In this document: in pieces, positions 43,779 to 58,055 of the stretch
Layout: each line of letters starts with the position of its first letter
Position numbering within the stretch: the stretch's first letter is position 1
Source of the DNA: the human T2T-CHM13v2.0 reference genome, Homo sapiens
Reading direction: 5' to 3' (one strand)
NCBI RefSeq assembly: GCF_009914755.1
Contig: NC_060926.1
Length of the DNA: 64,000 nt
The notes under the pieces: generated by a model
What the model was told of the DNA's origin: nothing
Seen by the model: only the letters and a program-made list of their open reading frames with translations
The model's database searches: none
Translations under genes and position numbers: made by a program

Positions 43779-43882
43779 TGTAGGCTGAGCTGCTAGGACT
43801 CAGAATCTGCCTGCTGTGTAGACTGAGCTGTTAGGACTCAGAATCTGCCTGCCGTGTAGGCTGAGCTGTGAGGACTCAGAAT
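43779..43882. repeat. 38-bp tandem repeat, 2.7 copies
   Basis: tgtaggctgagctg..aggactcagaatctgcctgc.g. Confidence 0.9.
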
Positions 43883-46329
43883 TGCTGACCGCCCAGCTGC
43901 TCAGATGGGGAGGGGCAGTGGAGCACCAGAGGGCCTGGGAGACCCTCCCCACAGCAGCTGATGCCTGTTAATTGTAGAATCATAAAACGATAAAGGGGCC
44001 TTGGAGATCAATGCATTTTATCTGGCATTGCTGCAAACTGCAGCTGTTGGCATTCATTCTTCCAGCCCCCAACCTGGACGAATAAATACGTTGTCCAAAA
44101 AGTGCAGCAAAGACAGTGCTGCTCTTAGCCCCCAGCCCTCTGTTTTGGAGGTTTCGGCCTCTTTCAAACTCTAACCTTTGCCCAAAGGAATAGGAGAGTG
44201 TGGGGGGCCAGGGCGGGATGATGGAGACAAGAGCCAGATTCTAACCTGAGAGAATCTGAAAGAGCCACAGGATCTGGGGTGTGGCCTCGGTTTCTCCATC
44301 TGAGGAATGAGGAAATTGATGAAGATGACCTCTGAGGTCCTAGACAGCCTTAAAGATTTAAAGATTTCAGAAGGCTGTTTTATATGATGGGGAAAAAAGG
44401 CAAACTCCACATGACATAAAATTAACCCTTTTCAGGTGAACAATTCGGTGGCATTGGTACAGTCACAATGTGTGCCACCAGGTGGGCCATTGATAGGTTG
44501 ATCTGTTTTTGTATAGACAGGACAGAGATCAAGCAGGAGCCTGGGAAACTAAAGGAGGGGGTCTTGGCTCTCATCCTGGGCCCCATGGATGTCACTGTCC
44601 CACACACTGACAGGGACACAATCCGGAGACTGCCCGTGGGCAGGAATGCAGCAGGAGCCTGTCATGTGTCCTCAACTCCACCTGCCGCCTGAGAAGGCAT
44701 CACCAACCTGCTGGGGCCCCACGTGTTCAGGCCGCAGCCCCCTAACCCTCCCTTGGGTCTGCGCGTACACAGATGCTCTTGTCACCAGTCAACAACTATG
44801 ACATAAGGAGAGCTTGAAGACAGCACCAGGTCCAGGTCCTGAGGGGACCAGAAGAGAGGAGGCAGCCCAGGCCTGATGGAAGAGGAAGCCTCTGAGAGCC
44901 CCAGGACCCAGCTCTGTGTGGCTCTGGCCAGGCAGGAGGCGGGCACAGGGCCACAGAGGACCCGCATGGTGAGAGATCCCCGTGTGTCCTGGGATGGCTG
45001 GAGCTGCCGCCCAGCTCACACACAGCCCGCCTGCTCACTGTGGAGCCACATCCTTCATTTCTGCAGAGAAGCTGGGCTTTGGGGAGAATAGAAATGAGAA
45101 GCCGGCGCTGCAGCTGAGGAGGGGGATGCAGCCACGCCGGATCTGTCATGTTCAGAAAGCAAAAGATAGAGTGAGAAGCTAGCACTGACCTCACAGATTC
45201 CTCAAGGTGCTTTGTCCTCATTGCATTCCAGCACCTAAAACTGGCTGCTGCTGCCTTTCTTTCATTTTTATTTATGTTTATCTCCACCCCTTTAGCATGA
45301 GTGGTGTTTGTGAGGATTTGCTCATTTGCTTTCTCAGTGCTATGTTTTCTGGAGAAATCTGCGCTTCTGCACTTACATTCTCTGAAGACATAAAAGCTAT
45401 GCTTTTTTATGGGAGCTATGAAGATGGAGATAAATATACGTGTGAGATGTATTCTTGTCTCCATGTGCCAGGGGCAGTACATGCACTGTTTTTGGTTCCT
45501 GAAACAACGGGAGATAGGCATGCATCATCTACTGAGATGATTTGGGGGAACAGTAAGTTACTCCCAGGGGGTCATGGGAGGAGCAGGGAGAGTGGAGAGG
45601 GGTGCACCTGCGGACCTCGGTGACTTATTTCCCAGGGAGAAAGCTGAGGCTGCAGAGGTCATGCAGGTGATCGGGGGCGGCTTCCCAGCGTGGGGTCTCC
45701 AAGCGCTTTTCTGAAAGGTCTGGACCGCCTCCATCTCCTCCTCGGCCCCTTGCTTCATCTGTGTGAGCTTTCTGCCATGACCCCTGGCTTCGGCAAGGGA
45801 AAGGTAATTTTTCCCTGAAGCACACAGAACGTAGTTTATGGTTGCTGCAGCGTGCGCTTCGAGAAACTCTAAATTACTGTGCTTGCCGAGACCTGCGTGC
45901 ATGAATAATGGATCCAGCCCAGATGCAGCAGCCTCGTGTGCGACTTCTCAAGGCGCCTCGAGAGTCTCTCAAGGGTGCTCGCTGAGGTCACAGCCTACTT
46001 GAGCTATTCTGGGAGGGGAGCAGCAGAAATCTGCAGGTGGAGAGGAAACACCATTCCTCACCAGCATCAGCCTCCCGCAGAAGCCGCCAGAGGCGAGCTC
46101 TGAAGAGCGCAGGCCTGCCGGAGGGAAGGAGCTGGCATCTGTTCAGCTCTGCTCAAGAAGCAAGGGGCATTGTGGCCGCAGCTCTGCAGGCACGGTCCCA
46201 TTTAATCCTCCCAAATGACCACCTCCAGCAGGGCAGGCATGGGATCAAAACACAGAGCGTTCTACCAGCCCAGAACAATATTCCTTCCACGATTACATGT
46301 CACGGCAGGGGAAAGTCACTTAAAAATTT

Positions 46330-46876
<547 letters not shown>

Positions 46877-47019
46877 TCATTCTTCCCTGTTAGTGTAAAT
46901 TCAGTGACAGTTTGGGAAAGAAAAAGGCAGTTGGCACTGTGTTCACAGTGTTGGTGAACAAGCAGGTGCATTGCTCTGTGCATTCTGTATTTGCCGTCAA
47001 AGTTGCTTCACACACAGCC

Positions 47020-47255
47020 CTGGAGGCAGAGTAATGGCCCTCAATGACGTTCAGCTCCTAATCCCTGGAAACTGCAAATATGTCACCTCCTGTGGCAAAG
47101 GGAACTTGGCAGACATGCTTCTGCTACAGTCTTGAGACAGGAGATTCACTTGGATCAGCCAGGTGGCCCGAGGCAATCACTAGGGCCCTTAGAGGGGACA
47201 GAGGCAGGAGGGTCAGTGGCAGGGGAGGAGAAGCGAGAGCAGAAGCAGAGGCAGA
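47020..47255 (+). mobile_element. MLT1C/D 5' fragment
   Basis: taatggccctcaatgacgttcagctcctaatccctggaaactgcaaatatgtcacct...ggcaaagggaacttggcaga. Confidence 0.75.
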
Positions 47256-50140
47256 AGGGGTGTGGGGCAGGAACTGGGAGAGTGGCAGCCCTTCCTGCAC
47301 CACCCAGGAGCACAGTGCAAGTCCCAGTTACACCCAAGCTTTGTTTCTCAAGCACACCCCATGTTTCATAGGTGTGTTATTTGCAAACTGCTTCTCTCTG
47401 CCTGGAAAACATGTCCTTGAAGGCTCAGTTCAAACCCCTGCTCCCTGGGGAAGCTTCCCCTTACGGCTCCTCCTGCAGAGCTGGGCCCCCCACCCTGCAG
47501 CATTCTCAGCAGCTCCTGACCACACACCTGCCCTCACCATCCCTCCAGTGGACACAGAGGCAGCCCTACCTATCTCTCTCGGGGTCCCACAGCCTGGTGG
47601 CCGAGGGGTGCCTTGTGCTGTTGAGAGTGTGCAGCCATGCACACACACCAGACCTCTTCTCTTGCACACTCCTCTCTGGAGGCAGACAGCTGTGGAGGTC
47701 GGTCAGGAGAGAGCCAGAGGCCACCTGAAGATCTCATCTCAGAGCGGAGGAGAGCTCTGTCCAGACTGCTGGGGACAAGGATAGTCGCTCTTCATGGTCA
47801 CAGGGTTCAACATCTGGTCTCATACCTGGGTCCTTTGTGAGTTCCCAGTGACCAGGGTTTCTCAGCAGGACTGCTGTCTCCGGTGAGGCTGCCTCACCCT
47901 TGGCTCTCCTCTGGGGCTGAGTTATTCCCACAGCAGAGCATGCCCTCCATTTCCCAGTCCCGGGTGCAACGCTGTCCAGAATCTGAGCGGCGGGGGAGCT
48001 TTGAGAAAAGCTGCTGTCAGGCCACTGTGGGTGGGGGTCAGAGGCTCTCAGCCCAGGCTGCTGTCAGGAAATAGGGGACATGGAGGGATGGCCATCGCAG
48101 TGAATCTTAACCAGGAGGCACGACTAAGGAGTGAGGTTAAGGATTTCTTTGTGGGAGCACATGAGTCACTCATATTGCCCAGGAACAGGGGTATCTGGCA
48201 CTTCCGGGCTCTGGTTGTGGTGTTGCTTTGTCTGTGCTGAGACATGATCACAGAGGCCACCTCTTTTCAGCCTTGATGTGCGGTGAGACAGGCTTTGGCT
48301 GAGCTGGTGTCCTGTTCACTGTGGTGTGAGCGGCAGTTGCGGTCAGGGCTGCGTTTGCCCCCGGAAATGCAGGTAGTGCTCCTGTTCTCAGCTTCCTTGG
48401 GAGCTCTGGCATGCGGCCTGCCCCCCGGGTTCATGGCAGGGCTTGTTTGGCTTGTGTGGCTGCAGTCCATGAGCTCCCTGGTCCTTGAAAGAGACAGGCA
48501 GCCTTCACAGGCTGGCGACACCAGAGTGGACCTAGACAGCAGTCATGTCTCAGGTGAGTCAATGTTACCATGATCAGGGTTCAGCCGCAGGCATGCATCT
48601 CAACCTTGAGCAAATAATGGTATCCAGAGAGAAACCAGCCATCTAGAAAATCTAGGAAAACATATGAGGAAAGTTTGGTTTGTTGAAAAAATTTATTTCA
48701 ATGAGAAAAGAAGTAGAGAGTCAGAGAGAGGGAAAATCAGGGAGAGAGATCCAGAGAGAGAGAGCGGGAGAGAGAGAGACTACAGTATACTAATTTCTGA
48801 TGTAATGCCTTAGAAGCATGGTTTAAAGACAATTCTAAATTAAAATATTTTCTATATGGTTACAGAGAGTAAATCTTACTACTTATTATGTTTTATTTAT
48901 CCTCATTTCGGCATTTTAATTTATAGGCTATTTAAGCCCAGCCAGTAGTAAGAGTCAGAAGAATGTTACCTCTTAAGACAACCTTGCATGCAGATTGTTT
49001 TATGTGAGCCTAGGGAATTAAACATTTTTTGTAGCACTTTTTCTTTTGCTCAAATTTGTAAACTGTATCAGGAAGTATATAAAACATAGTACACATTTTT
49101 AGAATACCATGAAATAAAGTGACAGGATGCTGTTGAATGCATTTGAACACCGTCTGATACCAACTTATCATCTTCCCAGGGTCTGCCTGCCATCATGGGG
49201 AGGTGCAAGGCGGCACAGTTTTCTGAGTAGCCGGAGCTTCCGAGAGCCAGACCCAGCCAGAGGTGGCAGCCCCATGGGCTTGGGAAGCCCCAGCTAGGGG
49301 ATGGACAGCCAGAGACAGACCTGAGAGGCCACCAGGCCGACACAGGACTCGCCGTCCTGGGGGAACGAGGGCAGCCCAGGATGCAGGGAACAGGCGGCAC
49401 ACAGAGGCCAAACCTTAACCCCTCAGCGCTGAGAAATGGGCTCCCACGCAGCTGCACCTTGATCGCAGTGGGCTCACAAGCAGGGCAAGACTGAGCCACG
49501 TGGTGTGAAATTTGATTGCCATGGTGCTGAGCAGGCGTGGGACTGGCACGACACTGGGGATCTCTGCTGTCACATTTCCTTACACTGAACAGCTTGGCTT
49601 CTGGCGGAGGAGGCACTTTGGCCGTAAGAGGCTGAGTCCTGACTTGCCAGCCCCGGATGCCCACCAGCCGCTGTGTCTGCGCCAGATGCTCTGTGCCCCA
49701 TGCTAGAGGCTGGCTGTGCTCTGGGGTTTGGTGCCTCTTTCTGTCACTGGGAAGGGACCCAGGGGTCCATCCAGCCCCTTCTTGGGCATAGACATCAGGG
49801 AATGTCAGGTCATTCTGTCGCATGCCCAGGAAGCTCAGGCCACAGTAAGCAAGCCAGGCTGGACGACATCACCGGGGTCAATGTCAGCCCACGTTGGCCA
49901 CCAGACGTCCTGGAGCACCAGGGTTTCAGCAGCTGGACTGGGGCCTCCTCCAGCCCGTGGGCCCCTGGGCTGTCTCCCCTTGTCTGACTTGGTGCCAACT
50001 CGAGAGAATCTGGTCCCAGCAGAGGGAATGCAGGAGGCCCAGCCTAGGCACAGGGGTTGCTGCCAGCCCCGACCCGGCTGAGGCCCCAGCAAGCCGTGAA
50101 GCAGAACCTGTCCAGGTGGCATCCTTAACTTCTTGCCCTA

Positions 50141-50755
50141 ATATTACACTAACGCCAGCGACAGAGCACACAGCAACACAACAACAACCACACACCACCA
50201 CAACAACACAACATCACAACACAACAACAGCACACACCACCACCGCCACCACATTACATTCCCACCAGTGAGAGAGCACACGACAACACAACAACCATGC
50301 AACCACACAACCACACCACACACCACCACCACCGCAACACAACATCACAACACAACCACACAGCAGAACAACAACCACACACCACCACCATATTACATTC
50401 CCACCAGTGACAGAGGACACAACCACACAACAACAACACAACCACACAACACAACCACACCACACAATACCACCACATCACAACACAACCACACAGCAGA
50501 ACAACCACACAACCACACTACACCACCACCACCACCAGTGGCAGAGCACACAACAACACAACCACACAACAATGACACAACCTTATCACACACCATCACA
50601 ACATCACAACACAACCACACAATGACAGAACAAAACACAATCACAGAACCACACCACCACACAAAATCACAACAACACAACTGCACAACAGAAAAACAAT
50701 AACACAACAACACAACACTACACAACACAACACCACCACCACAACAGCAGCAGCA
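50141..50755. repeat. C/A-rich complex tandem repeat
   Basis: (CAA/CAC/ACAAC)n with recurring attacattcccaccagtgacagagcacac blocks. Confidence 0.92.
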
Positions 50756-51065
50756 GAGCGTCCCGGAGTTCCCCGCCTGCTCTGGAGGCTGTGGCCTGGC
50801 CACACAAGCTCTTCCCCTCCTCAGTCTTCCACAGGGATTCCTGCCTGGTCAGGCCTCTTCTCGGAGACTTGGTGAAGTAGAAGCGGGCAGAGATAGGCAG
50901 GAGCTGCAAGCTAAAAGCCACCAATGACCAGACTGGAGGAGAACCTGGGGTGGGAGATCGCTGAGCTGAGCTCAGGAGCAGGTGTGGATTGAGAGGAGCA
51001 CGTGGCTGTGCCCTGTCCTCTGGGCTCAGAGCCCCTGGGACTGCATCCTGTGAGAGCAGCTCTTG

Positions 51066-51428
51066 CCACCACCTCCCCTCCACCTCTGAGCACCCTGTCC
51101 ACCATTCCAACCACCATGTCCCCTCCACCTCTGGGCACCCTGTCCACCATTCCAACCACCACCTCCCCTCCACCTCTGGGCACCCTGTCCGCCGTTCCAG
51201 CCACCACCTCCCCTCCACCTCTGGGCACCCTGTCCGCCGTTCCAGCCACAACCTCCCCTCCACCTCTGGGCACCCTGTCCGCCATTCCAGCCACAACCTC
51301 CCCTCCACCTCTGGGCACCCTGTCCGCCGTTCTAGCCACCACCTCCCCTCCACCTCTGGGCACCCTGTCCGCCGTTCTAGCCACCACCTCCCCTCCACCT
51401 CTGGCCACCCTGTCCACCCTTCCACCCA
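51066..51428. repeat. 45-bp VNTR, ~8 copies
   Basis: CCACCACCTCCCCTCCACCTCTGGGCACCCTGTCCGCCGTTCCAG. Confidence 0.97.
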
Positions 51429-51986
51429 CTGCCTTCAGAAAACCTGGCCTCCTCGGCTGCCTGCACCTTGTGTGCTCCCAGATCTCTGTGTGGCTCCCAC
51501 ACAGCACTCGGCCGTTCTGCCTGACATGGAAAGGACCAGGGCTGAACACGGTAGCAGCGCCTGCATGGCGCAGGCTGTGGAGTTGACAGAACTCTTCCAC
51601 ACATTGTCTAAGTGTCTCTTGTACAACCTTGTGAGAAAGGACACTGATCAGAGGCCATGGGGCTCGCCAGCATCCACGCTCTCCCCTCCTTCCTGGGCAC
51701 ACAGCTGGGCTCGTATCTCCAGCCCCCTTGGGCTGCAAGGTGGAGCTCTGGTCACCGGAATGTGAGCCGAGAGCCCAGCCCCACTTCCAGCCATGAACCT
51801 GAGAGGCCCCTATGAGCCTGAATTTCCTCCCCAGTGGGCTGATGGGGGAACCCTTTGAGGACCGGCGGGAGGAGCCACCACATGGAAGGGCCCTGCTGAT
51901 CACCATTCTCCTGCAACGCGAGACACAGCCAGGGCGGGGGTCAAGGAGGCTTCCAGGGGCACACTGTGAGCAGGAGCCCTCTCTGG

Positions 51987-52062
51987 ACCCCGCAGGGTCA
52001 GGTGGCCTTACTTTCATTCTGCACCCCGCAGGGTCAGGTGGCCTCACCTTCATTCTGTACCC
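51987..52062. repeat. 36-bp tandem duplication
   Basis: accccgcagggtcaggtggcct.ac.ttcattctg at 51987 and 52023. Confidence 0.9.
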
Positions 52063-53989
52063 GTGGCACCTGCTTGCCTCAGTTGGCTCTGACCATGGTG
52101 AGAAACAGACCTCAGTGTTGCCAAGCCACTGAAATCAGGTTTCCTATAGGAGTTATAGGAATTCAGCTCTATAGCAGTTATACTCATCCTAACTAATACA
52201 GGTGGATGGGTATTCTGTGTTTTTTTATTCAAAAGTGAGGAAACCATGGTTTTAAAGCTCTGTGATTTACCCGAAGTCACACAGCAGAAAACTGAGCCGA
52301 ACTCCTGTTAGCATACAAGGTGCCAGTGTAGACCATCTGGTGGGTTTATTCTGCTGCTTCACACACCTGGCACCGACCCCCTCGCATCCAGGGCATGTGT
52401 GAGTGCAGAGACCCTGGGGGTTATTCTATTATTTACCCCACACAAGCCTCACACAGAACCTCGCATGGCATAGATGGTGCTCAAGAAACTGATGAATGGA
52501 TAATCCCTGGGTTAATGTGGAATGCAAGTTTTCTGTAAGTTTAGTTTATTTAATTCAACTTTAAGTTGGATAATTATTGTTTACTTTGGGAAAAAATTGT
52601 TGAATTTCAGTTGTTGAAGTCTGTGAATGACCCTTGAGTTTAAAAGTTAGGGAAGGATGAGCCTGAAGAGCTTTAATTAATGCACTGAAGAAGGGTGTGA
52701 CAGAAGGCTTTGCACTCGTCACACCTACGCATCTTGTCTCCAGGAGGTAACAGGGAGGGTGCGGGGGAGGCTGCTGAGTGGTTTTGAAATTATACAGAGC
52801 TGGATTTGAACCCCTTTCAGCGACATGCTTTCTGTGGGACTTCTCTAGGACTCATTTTTCTTTTCCATAAAACAATGTTAAAAAGTCCTATTTCTAGTGT
52901 TGTTAATAAAAAACAACATTTATTAATCATTGACTATGTGTCACAAACTGTGTTATGCATGTATAGACATGGTCTTATTTCATCAAGCTACTGTGGCTGG
53001 TGAGTGGCAGAACAGAAACTGAAGTCTGGGTATCTCTGACTGCAGAGCCCACGTGTTTACCCCATTTCTGGCACCTCCTCCAGAGCACAATGTGAGTTCA
53101 GATTAAAGGAGATCACTGCGGTGAAATGGAAAGCAAAGCCCTTTGATCTGGCAGCTCTCAGATTGCTAGTGCCTCCCTCCCAGCCCTCCTTCCTCTCCCT
53201 GCACCTTTCAGCACCTGCAGGTGGGATCCTGACCCTTCCATCTGGGCCGTCCCCCAACTCCTCATGTCTTAGCTGTCCCACTCCGAGTAGCCCCAAGAGG
53301 AGATGCCACTCAGAAAACTCTTTGGGGACTTAAAAAATTGAGGTACAATTCATACACAATTCTGGAGATTTTAAAATCTAGACAGAGAAACTGTTCTCTT
53401 GCTGGTCACGAAGATATCAGTTTCAGAGCAGGAAGTGGCCAGAGGCCAGAGGCCCCAGCCTCTTGGAGGAGCTGATTTGAGAGAAGAAACCTGAACCCTG
53501 AGAAGACCAATGAGAAGGAAGCTCTGAGGACACCTGCCCTGGGCTCCGCACCCATGGTGTGCGCCGCTCCCACAAGCTGGTCATGTGGGCCAAGTGTTCC
53601 TCTCAGAGGGTGCACAGCTTAAGCTGGCTTTTGCCTCATGCAAGCGTTCGCTCATCCTCAGAGGTACATATTATTATGTTTTACTGACAGAAATCCTGAC
53701 AACTGTAATCCATGCGGTGACTCATGTGCACCTGCAGGAAATGAGCCATCCCCTCGGCTTGGAATTCTCTCCCCTCCACCCTCGTAGCTTTCACTCCTTT
53801 TCTTCTTAAGATCTCATCTTAACGAAGTCTTCCCCGACAAGCTTTTCTGAGGGATGCCCTCCCTCCTGCCCATTCCGTCCACATTACTGCATGATGTTCA
53901 TTGCCACCAGATCACTTATTTCAAGCTATAATAGCATACTTATTTGTTTATATGATTATTTTCTGTATACCCACATTATTTGGGAGAAT

Positions 53990-54400
53990 TTCAGCTGTGT
54001 GAGTAATAGGACACTGAAAATAACTGGGTCTTAAATAAGACAGAGGTTTATTTTTACCTCACATAAAATAAGTTCAGAGATAAGCAGTCTGGGGCTGGTG
54101 TGACAGCTCCACAAACATCAGAGACTCTGGTTCCCTCAAGTCCACTCCTCAGCCATCCCCACATGACATGACCCATGCTCCAAGAAGGCTGCTTGAGCTC
54201 CTGCCCTCGCATTCCTATTCCAGCCAGTGGGAAGTGGGAAGGGACTGAAACAGAGATGCCTTCTCCCTTATATAGGCACCTTCTGGAATTTTAACCCCAC
54301 TCTTCTGCTCCTGCCTTTTGGATCAGAGCCCATTCTCATTCTCTTGTCTACAGAGGAAATGGGGGAATATAATCTCATATTTGATGGCCACGTGTCTCAC
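53990..54400 (-). mobile_element. Old MLT1 (J/K-like) LTR remnant
   Basis: tcttaaataagacagaggtttattttt...ccaagaaggctgc...gcattcc.attccagccag. Confidence 0.6.
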
Positions 54401-54671
54401 TAAGAATTTGAAATTTTACAATTAAGAAGGGATAAAAGAATATTGGGGGCGGGGGGAATCTCTGTCCTTCTCCACTCACAGGCAGTGACACACAGGAAGG
54501 AAGGTGCCACGTGTTTGTGGCTGACCAACAGGTACCCAGCACTGTGCAGAGTCAGCACCCAGGGCACAGTTGTGAAAAAAATGAATGTATGGAACAAATG
54601 AACTCCTGCCCTTATCTAGACTGTTCAGAGAATCGGATGACAGCTAGAGTGTTTGAAAAACTGCTCTTTCC

Positions 54672-55243
<572 letters not shown>

Positions 55244-56515
55244 TTAAGGCTGGAGAGTGTTCAGTGCCTTACACCCAGACCCCACTTCGTTAATGGCAGA
55301 ACACAAAGCCAGGACCTCCTCCGACAACACATCCCTCTCCTGCTGCAGGCTGTGCTTCTCCCCGTCCTTCTGCAGCCCCGTCTCTGGACAGGCAGCATTC
55401 CCCTCCCTCACTTCTGCGGCCGGGATCCAGCCCCCGTGGGCTGCTGAGGTTGGCAGAGCTGCTGAAAGACCTCTCTGTCCAGACGCCCAGACTCCGACGA
55501 TGCGGACCTGCACTCGGGCTGCCTGCTTCCTCGGTGGTGGGACGTGGGACTCTGCTCCTCCCCACTAGCCTCATTTGGTTTCCAGGCAGCCTCTTTCCTG
55601 AGCTTCCTGCCTCTGCAGCCACCTCCCGGCATCTCCTTTGCAGTCCCTGCATCCTCCTGCCCCACGTGTAGTGATGTTCCCAGGCTACGCTGTGGTCCTT
55701 CAGTTCTCACTCCCAGGAAAACCTTATTCCAGCAGTGTCACTGCCCATCCATGGCACTCGCCACGTCACGCCGCCAGTGCAGATGCAGACACAGCTCACC
55801 ACGGAGTTACCCTTAGGGGCCTCATTAGAACCCATAGCTCAAGTTCCTCAAGGGTTCCCAGCCATGCCTATCTCTCCTTGTCTCTAGATCCGGCCTCTGG
55901 TTGTCCAGGGCAGCCTACGTTTCCTCTCCTGTGCCCTCACATTCCACTTAGCGCCAAGTGCTGCTGGTTTCCCTCTCAGGCGCTTCCTCTATCTGCCGCT
56001 GCCTCTGCACCCCATGGGCGCTGACCTAATCCTCTCCCCATGGCCTCCCCAGGTTCTGCCCCAGCGTCCGCACAGGCTCCACACTTCCACCTGAGGTGGG
56101 CCCAGGAACATTTCCCACGGAAGCCTGGTTACCCATGCGCCCTCTCTGAGCGAAAGCCTTCCTGTTACCCTAGACCCAGCCGTGGGAGCTGATGGTGATG
56201 TTCCTGATACCTGTCCAGCCCAGCATCCTGGATTATCTAATACACACCCTCTGTGGCCGTCTGAGTCCCCTGGACTCCCTGAACACGGTGCCCTCCCCCA
56301 CGCCCTCCTCTGCCTATGAGCGCCTTCCTCGACCTGCTTAAAGCCCCACTGATCACTTTCATCTTGCCGCTCAGCTTGGACATCTCCAAGAGGCTTTTGT
56401 CACCTGTTCACCTTGGTGCTTGTTGTAACTGCGCTTAATTACTCGTGTAGAAATGGGACTCCGTCTCACCCACAGGGCTCCAGGCCCTATGAGCAGGACA
56501 GGGGTCAGAGGTCAC

Positions 56516-56875
56516 ATCTGATTTGCTCGCTGCTGCGTCCCTGAGATCTGATTTGCTCACTGCTGCGTCCCTGAGATCTGATTTGCTCGCTGCTGCGTCC
56601 CTGAGATCTGATTTGCTCGCTGCTGCGTCCCTGAGATCTGATTTGCTCGCTGCTGCGTCCCTGAGATCTGATTTGCTCGCTGCTGCGTCCCTGAGATCTG
56701 ATTTGCTCGCTGCTGCGTCCCTGAGATCTGATTTGCTCGCTGCTGCGTCCCTGAGATCTGATTTGCTCGCTGCTGCGTCCCTGAGATCTGATTTGCTCGC
56801 TGCTGCGTCCCTGAGATCTGATTTGCTCGCTGCTGCGTCCCTGAGATCTGATTTGCTTGCTGCTGCGTCCCTGAG
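56516..56875. repeat. 30-bp VNTR, 12 near-identical copies
   Basis: ATCTGATTTGCTCGCTGCTGCGTCCCTGAG x12 with only two variant bases. Confidence 0.99.
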
Positions 56876-58055
56876 ACCCAACCAAGGGCCCAGCACACAG
56901 GACGGTTTCAGGCATTATGGGCACATTTGCCTCCTGCCTGTCTCCTCCTCAAACGCAGGATGTCAGCACCAGGGCCTGGAATCATCAGATCCTCTGTCCC
57001 AAGCTGGAGACCCTAGCGGAGAGGGGTTCAACATGTATTCCGTGGAGTAAATGACGGAGCATTTCTGTCGCTCAGGCTTGGACGCCCTATTTGATGATAC
57101 AGCATTTCTGCACAGTTAGGCAGGGTCCACACAGCCATCAGAGAAACGTTATTCCTGCTTGGACAAAATGTGCACACTTTTTATTAACAGGTTGTTTGGG
57201 GAAAGATGAGGGTCCTATTTGAGTTTTTAAAATCCCGATGCCAAGGGCAGGATCCTGGGAGGCCAGGGCATAACATAGCGTGGGTCCCAAGAGGTGAGCC
57301 TTGTGCCTCTCCAGCGCCTCAGCCAGCCTTCCCCAGGCTCCCCGCATCTCTGAGGGGTCAGGTGGCTTCCCAGATCCTGAACCCCTTTGCAACACAGTCT
57401 TGGGGTAACCCACCTGAGCTGCACTGCAAACCCCATCACACTCTGCTGGAGTTCTCCCGGGCTTCCCATGGCCTGCAGGAGAAACAGCCCCTTGCCCGGC
57501 ACAGATCTCCGTCGGGTCCAAGCAGCAGGCGTGCTCTGCCCACGTCTTGCACAGTGCCCAGCATGGTGCTCTCACAGGACAAGTTCTCAGAGGGCCCTTG
57601 GGTACCGGTGATGTCACAGAATGTTTTGCGGGTCTTCATCAGGTCCTTAATAATCTGTTGCTTGTGTTTTTTTCACTGTTAGGAAGAATTGGCCTATGCT
57701 GATATACTAGTGATTTTATTGCTGTCTAGACGTGATCTCCTGCACACGGACCTCTATAGGAAATGAGGCAGGTGCAAAAATTTGCAGCAGCAGGTGCCAT
57801 GAGGCCTGAGAAAGACTCAGACACAGAGAATAGCAGGGAGGGAAAAGTGCCCTGTGCTGGGCAAACAGGAATCAGGGACACAGACCTGGCTGCAGGGTGG
57901 GGCCAGTTAGAAGAGTCACTGTGGGAAAGCAGGGAGGCAGGCTGGGAAGAAAAACAACTTTTACAGTCCCTAGAGGGAATTCAAAGGAGTTGTCCTCATC
58001 CATTTGGATGAATACTGATTCTTAAATAAAACCAGACTGTAGATTATACACTCTT

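Noticed and set aside
51111-51123. One match to the PRDM9 13-mer CCNCCNTNNCCNC in the 45-bp VNTR
   Set aside because: Present in only one variant unit of a C-rich array; expected by chance
50144-52053. His/Thr-rich, Val/Cys-rich and 380-aa ORFs
   Set aside because: Translations of the C/A tract and the 45-bp VNTR
56516-56875. 30-bp repeats resembling CRISPR direct repeats, and the 113-175 aa repeat ORFs over them
   Set aside because: Units are head-to-tail with no unique spacers, there are no cas genes and the context is primate; the ORFs arise because the unit is a stop-free multiple of 3
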